Sequence record: OP595145.1
Length of the DNA stretch: 64,000 nt
Direction: 5' to 3' (one strand)
Origin: Escherichia phage vB_EcoM_DE16
Shown here: positions 8,872 to 17,843 of the stretch, piece after piece
Layout: every line of letters starts with the position of its first letter
Position numbering within the stretch: the stretch's first letter is position 1
Position numbers and translations under genes: made by a program
Notes under the pieces: generated by a model
What the model was told of the DNA's origin: nothing
Database searches by the model: none
The model's input: the letters and a program-made list of their open reading frames with translations, nothing else

Positions 8872-10860
8872 TTGTTAGAAATTAACGCCTCCAAAATTAG
8901 TAACGTGGTTACGTTTAAGGTGGACAAGAACAGTCTCAAGGAAGCAAAAGATGCCGTGTTGAGTGTTCAGAAGTTTGCAAATAAAATGCAACCCACTATG
9001 AACATGACCAAGTTTAGACAACAAATGAAAGAGATTGAGCGTGAACTTAAGAAAGCTCAAACTCAAAGTCAAAAACCTATGCGAGCACCTACTCCCGCTG
9101 GAGCGGGTGCTCCTGTAGGCGGATCTGGCAGACCTAGAACTCCTAAAACCCCGCAAGGAAGAGAAGAAGAAAAAGCTCGTAAAGCGGCTGAACGCGAAGC
9201 TAAAGCAGCAGCACGTAGGGAAGACTTAGGTAATCTTCGTTTGCAGAACTTTAACTACCGAGCAAGAGCATTCAGTAAAGCTAGTCCTGGTGCTATGCAA
9301 GAAGCTAGAGACGTTATGGGTAAAGCTGTAGAGCAATACAAAAAGGGTGAAATAACTCTTCAACGTATGAACCAAGCTCTTGCTCACCAGTTGGATGCTT
9401 TACGCAGATCTCATCGTGAAAAGAATGCTGAAATAGAAGACGAGGTTCGCGGTCGTCGCCGTATTCGTAGAGAGCTAGAAGCAGAAGCTAAAATGCGTAT
9501 ACGTATGCGAAATCGTGAACTTAGAGATATAGAACGCAACCGTAAGCGGGAATTAGCTCAACAAAAACGTGATCGTGATCGTAGATATGGACAATTAAAA
9601 GAAGGTGCAGCAGGTCTTAATCCACGCATGATTGCATCCTCTTTGATTGGTGCTGGGCTGTTTGCAGGTGGTTCTGTAGTTGGTAACACGTTGATGAATA
9701 CTAACGAAAGAATTAAACTTGTAAGCCGTGGTGCTGAAAACGTTCAGACAAACGCCAACGCTATTTTGGCAATGACAGCTTGGGGTGAACAGAACGGTGT
9801 AGACTCTGCAAATATTATTAAATCAATAGATAATATTAAAGACGTTCGTGAACGTCTTGGTAATACAGTTTTAGCTGCAAAGTGGAATGAGAAAGAAGGG
9901 AAGTGGAAAGGCGGTGATAATGGCATAACTGACATTATGAACCTGTTTGGATGGAATCCAGAACAGCTTAAACCTTTACAGAACGATCCTTTAGCTTTTA
10001 TTCAGGCTACTGTTAATGAAGGTGAGCGTCGAGGTATGAACTCTGCTCAAATAGGGCGACTTCTTGAAAACCTTGGTGATGACCTTATGCACTACCAACG
10101 CATGTTTAGTAAAAACGGCGAAGGGTATAATGAAGTATTGAAAATGCTTCAAAGAACAGGTGCAACATTAACTCAAGAACAAATAGATGCTTCTAAGGAG
10201 TTTACTCGTTTTGCTGCAACAGTTCAGCTTGTAGGTCAAGGTATGCAGAACCATTTCTTAGAGGGTTTTGTGAAAGCCTTACCTAAAGATGATTCTTGGT
10301 TGGATAACGTTAAAGTGCTAGATCAGTTCGCCAAAGATTTAGGTGAAGAACTTGGTAAAACAACAGTTCAACTTGGTGGTTTTGCTAAAGAATTAGGAGA
10401 TGGTTTCGGATCTTTTACCAATTGGCTTAAAGAAACATTCCCAGATACCTTCGGAGACAACACAGATCCTAATAAATCTTTGGCACAAAAAGCATACGAG
10501 GCAACGCAAAGTGGAGACAGCAATCCTGTAGCAGATTGGTTGTACAATTTAACAGGTATTGATACACAAGATATTGGTCGTATGTGGAGAGGAGAACAAA
10601 CAAGGACACGTGCTTTTGGATTTGGTAATCCTCTTGAAGATTTACGTGAATCAGCCTATACACCTAACGTAAGTTTGGCTCGTAATCAACCTGTTGTTGA
10701 GAATACGGTAGCAATACCAAGTGATCTTATCAAAGTTACGATCAGTCCTTCTTCCGAGTTTGGAAATATTCTTGATGCAAGAATTCAAAATAGCGGAAAT
10801 AGCATTTTCCAACGTTTGTCTCTTTCAACTCTAAGTGGACAATCTAACACTGGTGGTTAA
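8872..10860 (+). CDS. tail tape measure protein
   Basis: 662 aa, TTG start after RBS; long charged R/E/K helical region (RRIRRELEAEAKMRIRMRNRELRDIERNRKRE) and a glycine-rich hydrophobic segment; position after chaperone. Confidence 0.65.
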   Translation: MLEINASKISNVVTFKVDKNSLKEAKDAVLSVQKFANKMQPTMNMTKFRQQMKEIERELKKAQTQSQKPMRAPTPAGAGAPVGGSGRPRTPKTPQGREEEKARKAAEREAKAAARREDLGNLRLQNFNYRARAFSKASPGAMQEARDVMGKAVEQYKKGEITLQRMNQALAHQLDALRRSHREKNAEIEDEVRGRRRIRRELEAEAKMRIRMRNRELRDIERNRKRELAQQKRDRDRRYGQLKEGAAGLNPRMIASSLIGAGLFAGGSVVGNTLMNTNERIKLVSRGAENVQTNANAILAMTAWGEQNGVDSANIIKSIDNIKDVRERLGNTVLAAKWNEKEGKWKGGDNGITDIMNLFGWNPEQLKPLQNDPLAFIQATVNEGERRGMNSAQIGRLLENLGDDLMHYQRMFSKNGEGYNEVLKMLQRTGATLTQEQIDASKEFTRFAATVQLVGQGMQNHFLEGFVKALPKDDSWLDNVKVLDQFAKDLGEELGKTTVQLGGFAKELGDGFGSFTNWLKETFPDTFGDNTDPNKSLAQKAYEATQSGDSNPVADWLYNLTGIDTQDIGRMWRGEQTRTRAFGFGNPLEDLRESAYTPNVSLARNQPVVENTVAIPSDLIKVTISPSSEFGNILDARIQNSGNSIFQRLSLSTLSGQSNTGG

Positions 10861-10864
10861 TAAA

Positions 10865-10890
10865 ATACCTCGCTTCGGCGGGGTTTTTTC
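10865..10890 (+). terminator. rho-independent terminator after tape measure gene
   Basis: CCTCGC-TTCG-GCGGGG stem-loop followed by TTTTTT. Confidence 0.6.
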
Positions 10891-10897
10891 GTTTCCC

Positions 10898-10927
10898 TTG
10901 ACACGAAGTTTCTATATGTGTTACAAT
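10898..10927 (+). promoter_or_regulatory. sigma70-like promoter, TTGACA-N18-TACAAT
   Basis: Consensus -35 directly after the terminator, 18-nt spacer, upstream of the 10987 ORF. Confidence 0.35.
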
Positions 10928-10986
10928 AATCAATATGGGAAGATCTTGCATCTTCCTTTTGGCATTATCATTACTACGAGGTTATC

Positions 10987-11688
10987 ATGGCAGCAATGAC
11001 TCCACAACAGTCGGTGAGAGCCGTCTATAAGGCAGAACAGGAAATCAACTCTACCGAGAATAAAAATACCTCGGCATCTACTGTAAAGGGTGATAATGGT
11101 TTCTGCATTTTAGCAAGTGTTTATAATAGTTCAAGTGATCAATACATTCAAAACTTTAAAGCAATTACTTTCGATTCAGTCCCTGAAATAGGTGTAACTC
11201 GTGAGGCAGATGTTACAAGTTTTCCAGTAGAATCAGGATCGGATGTAAGTGACCACGTTCAAATAAAAAACAACAGATTTAAACTTTCAGGTATAATTAC
11301 CGAAACACCAATTCGGCTTATGCGAGATCAATTATACAGTGCAGGTGTAAATGGTGCTAGGATTTCTCAAGCAATAGAGTATCTAGATCAAATATTTGAG
11401 TCAAGACAACCAATAGTTCTTTTGACAGAACACAGAACTTTTGAAAATGTTATTCTCAAAGGTTATTCGTATGATTATAAATCTGAATTTGCTATGCAAT
11501 TTGATTTAGAGTTTGAACAAATCCGTCTCGTTTCTAAGGCCACTACTAACGCTATTGCTGTAAAAACAGCACCAAATAAGTCAACTGGTGGTGATGTGAA
11601 AGGTCAAGTTGCTTCGAATGGTCCTAAGTCAGATATTACAGTAAGAACTGCTGAAGCTACTAATACCCCAACAAACAACGGAGGTTAA
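10987..11688 (+). CDS. hypothetical tail/baseplate protein
   Basis: 233 aa ORF with RBS; first gene after tape measure. Confidence 0.4.
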   Translation: MAAMTPQQSVRAVYKAEQEINSTENKNTSASTVKGDNGFCILASVYNSSSDQYIQNFKAITFDSVPEIGVTREADVTSFPVESGSDVSDHVQIKNNRFKLSGIITETPIRLMRDQLYSAGVNGARISQAIEYLDQIFESRQPIVLLTEHRTFENVILKGYSYDYKSEFAMQFDLEFEQIRLVSKATTNAIAVKTAPNKSTGGDVKGQVASNGPKSDITVRTAEATNTPTNNGG

Positions 11689-11690
11689 TA

Positions 11691-12104
11691 GTGACAACTT
11701 ATTCTAAAACAACAAGGTCTACAAGTAATACAGGCTACAGTGCAGTTTATCTGGAGGACCATTCTACTTATTTTGCATGGTATCTGAAAACTGAAGAGTA
11801 TCCTGATCAAACATATACAGTTACATTGGATGGAGTTGATTATGACATTCGTTTAAGGTGGAACACTAGGGACGAGTCTTGGCAATGTCAAATAGGATTA
11901 TCTGGAGATGATCCAAGTATAAGTTTCAAAGTTACAAACGGTTTAGATCTTCTTAAACCTTATAAATATCTTGAAAGTGTGCCAGATGGTCAATTGTATA
12001 TAGTAGATACAGTTAAGATTAATGGTCGTCCTGGGTATACAACTACAGGTCGAGATAAACGTTTTGTATTGGTTTATATTGATAACAAACCTAATCAGGC
12101 GTAA
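11691..12104 (+). CDS. hypothetical tail/baseplate protein
   Basis: 137 aa, GTG start directly after upstream stop. Confidence 0.4.
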   Translation: MTTYSKTTRSTSNTGYSAVYLEDHSTYFAWYLKTEEYPDQTYTVTLDGVDYDIRLRWNTRDESWQCQIGLSGDDPSISFKVTNGLDLLKPYKYLESVPDGQLYIVDTVKINGRPGYTTTGRDKRFVLVYIDNKPNQA

Positions 12105-12113
12105 GGAGATAAT

Positions 12114-13124
12114 ATGGCAGAAAGAGAGTATACAAAAGCTCCTGCCCCTAATTTAAACAGGGCATACAAATTATTAATTGGTTCTGCCACAAACACAATA
12201 CAGAAGAGAACTAAGAACTCGGCATTTAAATCTACAGTAGATTTGGATACCAAGTTAGGGACAACAGAAAAATCCTCTTCTAATTTGTATTTGTTGCAAG
12301 ACCATCAAATAACCTTCAGTATTAAGAAAGATAATAACAAAGATCCTAACCAAGCAGAGATTGTAGTTTATAACCTTTCGGATGATACTGTTAACTATAT
12401 AAACCGTGGTATCCGAAATAACTTGGCTGTTGCTTTAGCGGTAGGATACGCAGGTGAAGAGTTGGTTATGATCTTCAAAGGAACTATCCAGTGGGTTAGT
12501 GATACTTTTGACTCGGTAGACAGGAAAACCACTTTACACTGTTTGGATGGTGGTATTAACATTGCAGAAGCAAGAACAAGCCGCAGTTATCCAAAAGGAA
12601 CTAAAATCAAACGTGTTGTGACAGATTTGGTAAAGGATTTAGGAACTACAGAAGGTAATATACACGTAGATAATGATCAAACCTTATCTTCAGCAACAGC
12701 TATGTGCGGAAACACTTCACATTACCTAGAACATATTTGTAAGAGTATTGATCACAATGTGTCAATACAAGATGGATCTGTTTACGTTACTCCTCGTTCA
12801 CAAATGTCTAGTGCACGTAGCGCCTACATTAGTCCTGAAACTGGTCTGATAGGAAGTCCAGAACCATTCCACAACGATATAAAACCTACTAAAAAAGTTA
12901 CCAAGTCCTCTAAGAAGGCAAAGAAACCTACAGACGGTGTTAAATTCAAATGCCAAATGAATGGTGCAATATTACCAGAAAAAACAATCTGGTTAAAAAG
13001 CCGAGATTATGATGGTCCATTTAAAGTAGTTTCTGTTTCTCACAACGGAGATAAAGAAGGTAAAGAGTGGGTTACTGAAGTGGAATGTGTATCCGTGTCT
13101 GAAATAATGACTAAGGAGAAATAA
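12114..13124 (+). CDS. baseplate hub-like protein (putative)
   Basis: 336 aa; RBS AAGGAGA; precedes the spike gene; assignment by position only. Confidence 0.3.
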   Translation: MAEREYTKAPAPNLNRAYKLLIGSATNTIQKRTKNSAFKSTVDLDTKLGTTEKSSSNLYLLQDHQITFSIKKDNNKDPNQAEIVVYNLSDDTVNYINRGIRNNLAVALAVGYAGEELVMIFKGTIQWVSDTFDSVDRKTTLHCLDGGINIAEARTSRSYPKGTKIKRVVTDLVKDLGTTEGNIHVDNDQTLSSATAMCGNTSHYLEHICKSIDHNVSIQDGSVYVTPRSQMSSARSAYISPETGLIGSPEPFHNDIKPTKKVTKSSKKAKKPTDGVKFKCQMNGAILPEKTIWLKSRDYDGPFKVVSVSHNGDKEGKEWVTEVECVSVSEIMTKEK

Positions 13125-13858
13125 TGGATGCATTGAATTTTGTCACAGCAATGCGTGGCTTAATGACAGAACAATTAGCAGAAGTCCATACAGCCTTGCC
13201 AGTCCGTGTGACTGGCGTTAATTATGGTGCTAAAACTGTCACCTTAGAATCTATTGTTAAAAACACACGATCTAGTGAAGATGAAATAGATTATCCTACT
13301 TTTGAAGATGTTCCTTTTATGGTTAATGGTGGTGGGACAGGAAGAATCTCATTCCCTATTAAAGCTGGCGATTTAGGAACTGTTATATTTTCTGAAAGAG
13401 ATCCTTCTAATGCACTGCAAACTAGTGGGGAAACCTCTTCATCATCCACTTTTATGCAGCCTTGTGGATTATACCCTATTTGTTTTATTCCTAAAATAGC
13501 TACAGGAACAGATTCAACAGAAGCTGTAGATTCTGAAAAGGTAGTTATTTCTAATAACAAAAACACATACGCTTCTTTCGATCCTACAGGCAATATTTCA
13601 ATATGGAATAGTCAAGGGATGAAAATAGATATTACTACCTCCGGTATTACTATTACAGATGGCACAGGGACTTTGGATCTAAAAGGTGGTAATTTAACTT
13701 TCAAAGGCGGCGTAGCAGATATCAATGGTCTTAAAATAGATCAGAACGGTTTGATGACAGATGGTAATGGCATCGGATTCCATACTCACACGCACACGGT
13801 TCGTAACATTCAGAGCGGTAGCTCAAGTGCCGAGTCCTTAAAACCAACAGGAGCCTAA
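13124..13858 (+). CDS. baseplate central spike protein (P2 gpV / gp5-like)
   Basis: 244 aa; C-terminal GIGFHTHTHTVRN His-x-His motif typical of metal-binding spike tips; precedes a gp25-like gene. Confidence 0.55.
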   Translation: MDALNFVTAMRGLMTEQLAEVHTALPVRVTGVNYGAKTVTLESIVKNTRSSEDEIDYPTFEDVPFMVNGGGTGRISFPIKAGDLGTVIFSERDPSNALQTSGETSSSSTFMQPCGLYPICFIPKIATGTDSTEAVDSEKVVISNNKNTYASFDPTGNISIWNSQGMKIDITTSGITITDGTGTLDLKGGNLTFKGGVADINGLKIDQNGLMTDGNGIGFHTHTHTVRNIQSGSSSAESLKPTGA

Positions 13859-13859
13859 C

Positions 13860-14486
13860 ATGGGAATCCCTTTTGACTTAAAACTTGGACCAAACAACGA
13901 CCTCATCATGGATGATGGGGATTTGGTCCTCACTACAACCAGAACAGAAATTGCAGCACAAACTCTTGGGATAACTCTGAACACGTATCGTGGGGAGTGG
14001 TTTTTAAATACTAACTTCGGTGTTCCTTACTTACAAGAGATTATTGGTGTTGCTAGAAAGAAAGATATTGTAGACAGAATATTTTTAGCAGAGATTGCCA
14101 AAAACGTTTACATAGATACAATAAACAGTTATAAATCTGCTTATGACATGGACCAACGTTATTATTCAATGACAGTTATGGTCACAGTTGGAGCAGATAC
14201 AGTAACATCTATATTCAATACTCAACCTTCTGAAGAGTTTATTTACCCTGAAGCTGGTGAAGACAATGCAGCGATCATTTGTGAAGCTTACAGTATTGTT
14301 GAGAATTCGAATAGACTTTATCGCTTTATCAACTTTGTTGGTTTGCCACGTGATACCTACTCTACTTGGTGGAATGAATGGTCTACAGAGTCAGCAGTGG
14401 AAAGAATCATGGTTAACGAAAAAGGTGATGCATTAGCTACAAACAATAATTTCGGTATAACAGCTATGACAGGAGTAGAAGAGTAA
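13860..14486 (+). CDS. baseplate protein, gp25/gpW-like N-terminal domain
   Basis: 208 aa; N-terminal TYRGEWFLNTNFGVPY resembles the GPW/gp25 signature; follows spike gene. Confidence 0.45.
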   Translation: MGIPFDLKLGPNNDLIMDDGDLVLTTTRTEIAAQTLGITLNTYRGEWFLNTNFGVPYLQEIIGVARKKDIVDRIFLAEIAKNVYIDTINSYKSAYDMDQRYYSMTVMVTVGADTVTSIFNTQPSEEFIYPEAGEDNAAIICEAYSIVENSNRLYRFINFVGLPRDTYSTWWNEWSTESAVERIMVNEKGDALATNNNFGITAMTGVEE

Positions 14487-14959
14487 TGGCAGATTTAACT
14501 ACGATCAAAATTTCTGATCTTACACAAACAACCTCTGTGTCTGATACAGATTTCTTTGTAACAGATCAGGCTGGAATAACAAAGAAAACTTCTTTGAAAG
14601 TGCTGTTGAGTGGTGCAGGGGTAACTAGAAACCGTCTGAATGCACGGGGAACAGTAACTAGCACCTTGGCATTAGATATTAGTTCGGCAGAATATTTTTC
14701 AGCAACTTTATCTTCTGCAACGTGCACAATTAGTTTTACTAATATTCCAGTAGCAACAAATGCAGTTTTAAACTTTACTTTAGCTTTGCGTCAAGGAAGT
14801 GGTGCAAATAAAGTCGTATGGCCTTCTTCTGTAAAATGGAGTTTTGGTCGTTCCCCAGTTTTGAGTTATCGTCAAGGTGCAACAGACACTTTTGAGTTTA
14901 TCAGTTATGATAATGGTGCAACTTGGACAGGTAGCTTAGTTTTAGCAGGAGTTATTTAA
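14486..14959 (+). CDS. hypothetical tail-associated protein
   Basis: 157 aa; ATGA overlap with upstream gene. Confidence 0.4.
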   Translation: MADLTTIKISDLTQTTSVSDTDFFVTDQAGITKKTSLKVLLSGAGVTRNRLNARGTVTSTLALDISSAEYFSATLSSATCTISFTNIPVATNAVLNFTLALRQGSGANKVVWPSSVKWSFGRSPVLSYRQGATDTFEFISYDNGATWTGSLVLAGVI

Positions 14960-17835
14960 TGTCAAGAGTTAAGCACAATATTGACAACACGTTTCAGTTG
15001 ATTGAAGGGTTGGTTCAGTTTTTGGAAAGAAATACTGGGCTTACCATAGATCCTACGGTTCAGCATTACATTATCAACCCACAAAACGTATTGGCGAACA
15101 ACAGACACTTTATTAACTGGACAGCGCAGGAAGGGCAACCAAACGGTGACGCTACTACCGAAGGTCAATCTGTGCTTATCACTGGTTTTGCCTATGCATA
15201 TTTGGCTACAGGGGATAAAAAATATCTTGAATCTGCCGAGAAGTACTGGCAAGCCTATATAGATCACTTCTTCGGGGGCCAACCTATTCCTGATCCTCCG
15301 GCTAAGTATCGTCCCAACTGGATCATCAATGGTAAAGAACCACGTTTAGCACATTACCCTCTCACAGATGATGGGTATCCTACGCACGGTGGGTTCAAAG
15401 GTAGCATGATGACTTGGATTAACGGAAGGACTGTTATTCCTAAAGGTGCACCGCATTGGGGGGAATACTTAGATAAAGCTTGGTTTGCTTTCAATGGCAA
15501 TCTTGGTTGGAACTCCGTTAACGCAACAGTTTATGCAACTAACCCAGATGGTTCAACTAACTGGAAAGAATATGGAGATCAGTGGGACGTTGAATGGATT
15601 ATAGATCGTCTAGGACGTAAAGTTGATTGGGATGGTAACATTTTATCTACAGGTCACAGCTTCGCAGAATATGGAACAGTGCAACTTAAAAATGCTTCTG
15701 TGAACGGTGATTATAAATTCAACTACGCTACATGCAACCCTGTAGAACACGGTGGATATCTGCTTAAGCGTAATGAGATGTGGCATAACCGTCCTGTAAA
15801 CGTTCCGGTAGAGTTAGGTTATCAAGATAATGCTTCCGATGCTGAAACGTGGTGGTGTGATGCAAACTACTTGATGTATCAGATCACAGGAGAGAGAAAA
15901 TACTGGCTTTGCTGGCAATCTTCTTTATTGTTGTGTCAAGACTACTCAAACATCGATATGTTTGATAAATTCTTCCGTAGATCTACGACAGCAATAATTC
16001 CTTTTACAGATGGTATCTCGTATGATTACTCATACCCATCTACAGCAATACCTAAATATTCTCGTGATGAATTAGGATACACAGTAATTCGCCAAGATGT
16101 TTCAGCACAAACAACTCTAGAACAACAGGCAGTTTGGTTCAGAGTGGATCAGAATTCAAAACTGCGTATTGAGTTTCAAGGTGTAGATGATGCAGGGGAA
16201 GGTGTTCTTTTCCGTCCAGAGCTAGAATTAAGCAAAACTAAGAGTGAAACAGACACAGTGACATATCGTTGTGGCTTACCTCTTGGTGCAGCTAATATGA
16301 CTAAGATGGATATACCTTTATCCAGTTTTATGCGCACCGAACCTCCTGGAGGTGGTGTATATATTATTGCTGAACCCAGAATTATTGTTGACTGGGGAAG
16401 CAATACTGTGATACAATATAAATATGCAACTGGTATTGCTGGGACAAATAGTGATCAGATAGTTTCTGCTAATATGGATTCAGATGGTGGTTTTACTGTT
16501 GGGTTTTGGTTAACACCAACTAAAACAGCCAATTTAAAATCTATTACATATCGTTCATACGCAGATGATTTTAACATCACTATTACGGATTCCGCAGGTT
16601 GGAGATGGTGGGCCATGTTAGAAAAAACAAATTCTGCATGGGTTACTAAAGCTTTAAGTCCTGCTGATTTCAAATTAAGCACTTGGCAACCCAATCATAA
16701 CGACACAGAGACAAAACCTTCGTCAATAAACCTGACTGCTGTTGATCAGATCAACATTGCATTGGATTCTGAACCTGCAAATGGCTTGACAGGGGCAATC
16801 GATTTTTATTGTGTTAACGATATCCCATCTTTGTATTCTTCAGCCGCTGGTGATGATTACACAATGTATTTCAGGGTTACAGTTTCATCTGAAAATCCTT
16901 ATACAGCAAAACTTGGAGATTGTACAATACTGGACTATAAACTTGACAGTTTGAATTATACTCCAGGAATCATTCCATTTTCCAATATTAGTGATCCTAA
17001 CACAGCATTATATGACGGTTGGCGTGGTATTCCTTACCCAGGCTATCAATACCCATCCTTATATTGTTTTAAAGGGAGAGATATTGACTGGGTTCGTATG
17101 AACAACAGTATAGACTTTTTATATGATTCACAAATGTGGTTTTATAATAAGTTTGCCCCTGTGATGCCTGGGCCAATGGCACAAGCTTATGTTTGGGATC
17201 GTTGGGATGCTCATAAATACGGAAACAAGAATGAGTTCACAATGTATCATTGGAACGATAAAGCTTGGGATGGTTATGAAGCACGAGCATTCTTCTGTGC
17301 GTGTCATACAGTATACGAACTGAAGCAACGAGGAGCAGAAGTTCCTGCAAAACTTTTAACAGTTTGTAAAAACTGGATCAATTATCTGAAGTGGTTCCAA
17401 GATAACAACGAAGGAAGAACACCAACAATATTTTATCCCAACGGAGAAGTGGCTGCGCCTGTAGATGACTTTACAAGTCACATGTCTGCGCTCTTTATGG
17501 CGGGATGTGCTATAATGGGGATGGCTGGATATGATTCAGAAATTCCTAACATTAAAATAGTAGCAGATCGCTGTTTTGAACTTATTCAGGAAAATTATAT
17601 TGTTCTTGGTCCTAATCACGTTATGAATGGTTGTTGGAGTGCTGCCCCTAGACCAGACAGTGATAACGGAGTCTTCTTTGGCTTCCACGCCGGAGAGTTG
17701 TTACGTGGTTTTGGGTTGTATGCCTTATACAAAAAACTTAATCCCCAAAATGCATTACCTGTTTTGGATTCGAGCAATATTCCTGCACTTACTGTTTTGA
17801 CAATGGCAAACATTAGTGTGGACGTTACCGAGTAA
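14959..17835 (+). CDS. large tail-associated protein, possible carbohydrate-active (W/Y-rich) domain
   Basis: 958 aa; aromatic-rich composition suggestive of a glycan-binding or hydrolase fold; no catalytic motif identified. Confidence 0.35.
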   Translation: MSRVKHNIDNTFQLIEGLVQFLERNTGLTIDPTVQHYIINPQNVLANNRHFINWTAQEGQPNGDATTEGQSVLITGFAYAYLATGDKKYLESAEKYWQAYIDHFFGGQPIPDPPAKYRPNWIINGKEPRLAHYPLTDDGYPTHGGFKGSMMTWINGRTVIPKGAPHWGEYLDKAWFAFNGNLGWNSVNATVYATNPDGSTNWKEYGDQWDVEWIIDRLGRKVDWDGNILSTGHSFAEYGTVQLKNASVNGDYKFNYATCNPVEHGGYLLKRNEMWHNRPVNVPVELGYQDNASDAETWWCDANYLMYQITGERKYWLCWQSSLLLCQDYSNIDMFDKFFRRSTTAIIPFTDGISYDYSYPSTAIPKYSRDELGYTVIRQDVSAQTTLEQQAVWFRVDQNSKLRIEFQGVDDAGEGVLFRPELELSKTKSETDTVTYRCGLPLGAANMTKMDIPLSSFMRTEPPGGGVYIIAEPRIIVDWGSNTVIQYKYATGIAGTNSDQIVSANMDSDGGFTVGFWLTPTKTANLKSITYRSYADDFNITITDSAGWRWWAMLEKTNSAWVTKALSPADFKLSTWQPNHNDTETKPSSINLTAVDQINIALDSEPANGLTGAIDFYCVNDIPSLYSSAAGDDYTMYFRVTVSSENPYTAKLGDCTILDYKLDSLNYTPGIIPFSNISDPNTALYDGWRGIPYPGYQYPSLYCFKGRDIDWVRMNNSIDFLYDSQMWFYNKFAPVMPGPMAQAYVWDRWDAHKYGNKNEFTMYHWNDKAWDGYEARAFFCACHTVYELKQRGAEVPAKLLTVCKNWINYLKWFQDNNEGRTPTIFYPNGEVAAPVDDFTSHMSALFMAGCAIMGMAGYDSEIPNIKIVADRCFELIQENYIVLGPNHVMNGCWSAAPRPDSDNGVFFGFHAGELLRGFGLYALYKKLNPQNALPVLDSSNIPALTVLTMANISVDVTE

Positions 17836-17843
17836 GGGGTAAA

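Noticed and set aside
13780-13810. HTHTHT sequence as a possible helix-turn-helix DNA-binding element
   Set aside because: It is a literal His-Thr alternation at the C-terminus of a structural spike protein, consistent with a metal-binding His-x-His tip, not an HTH fold
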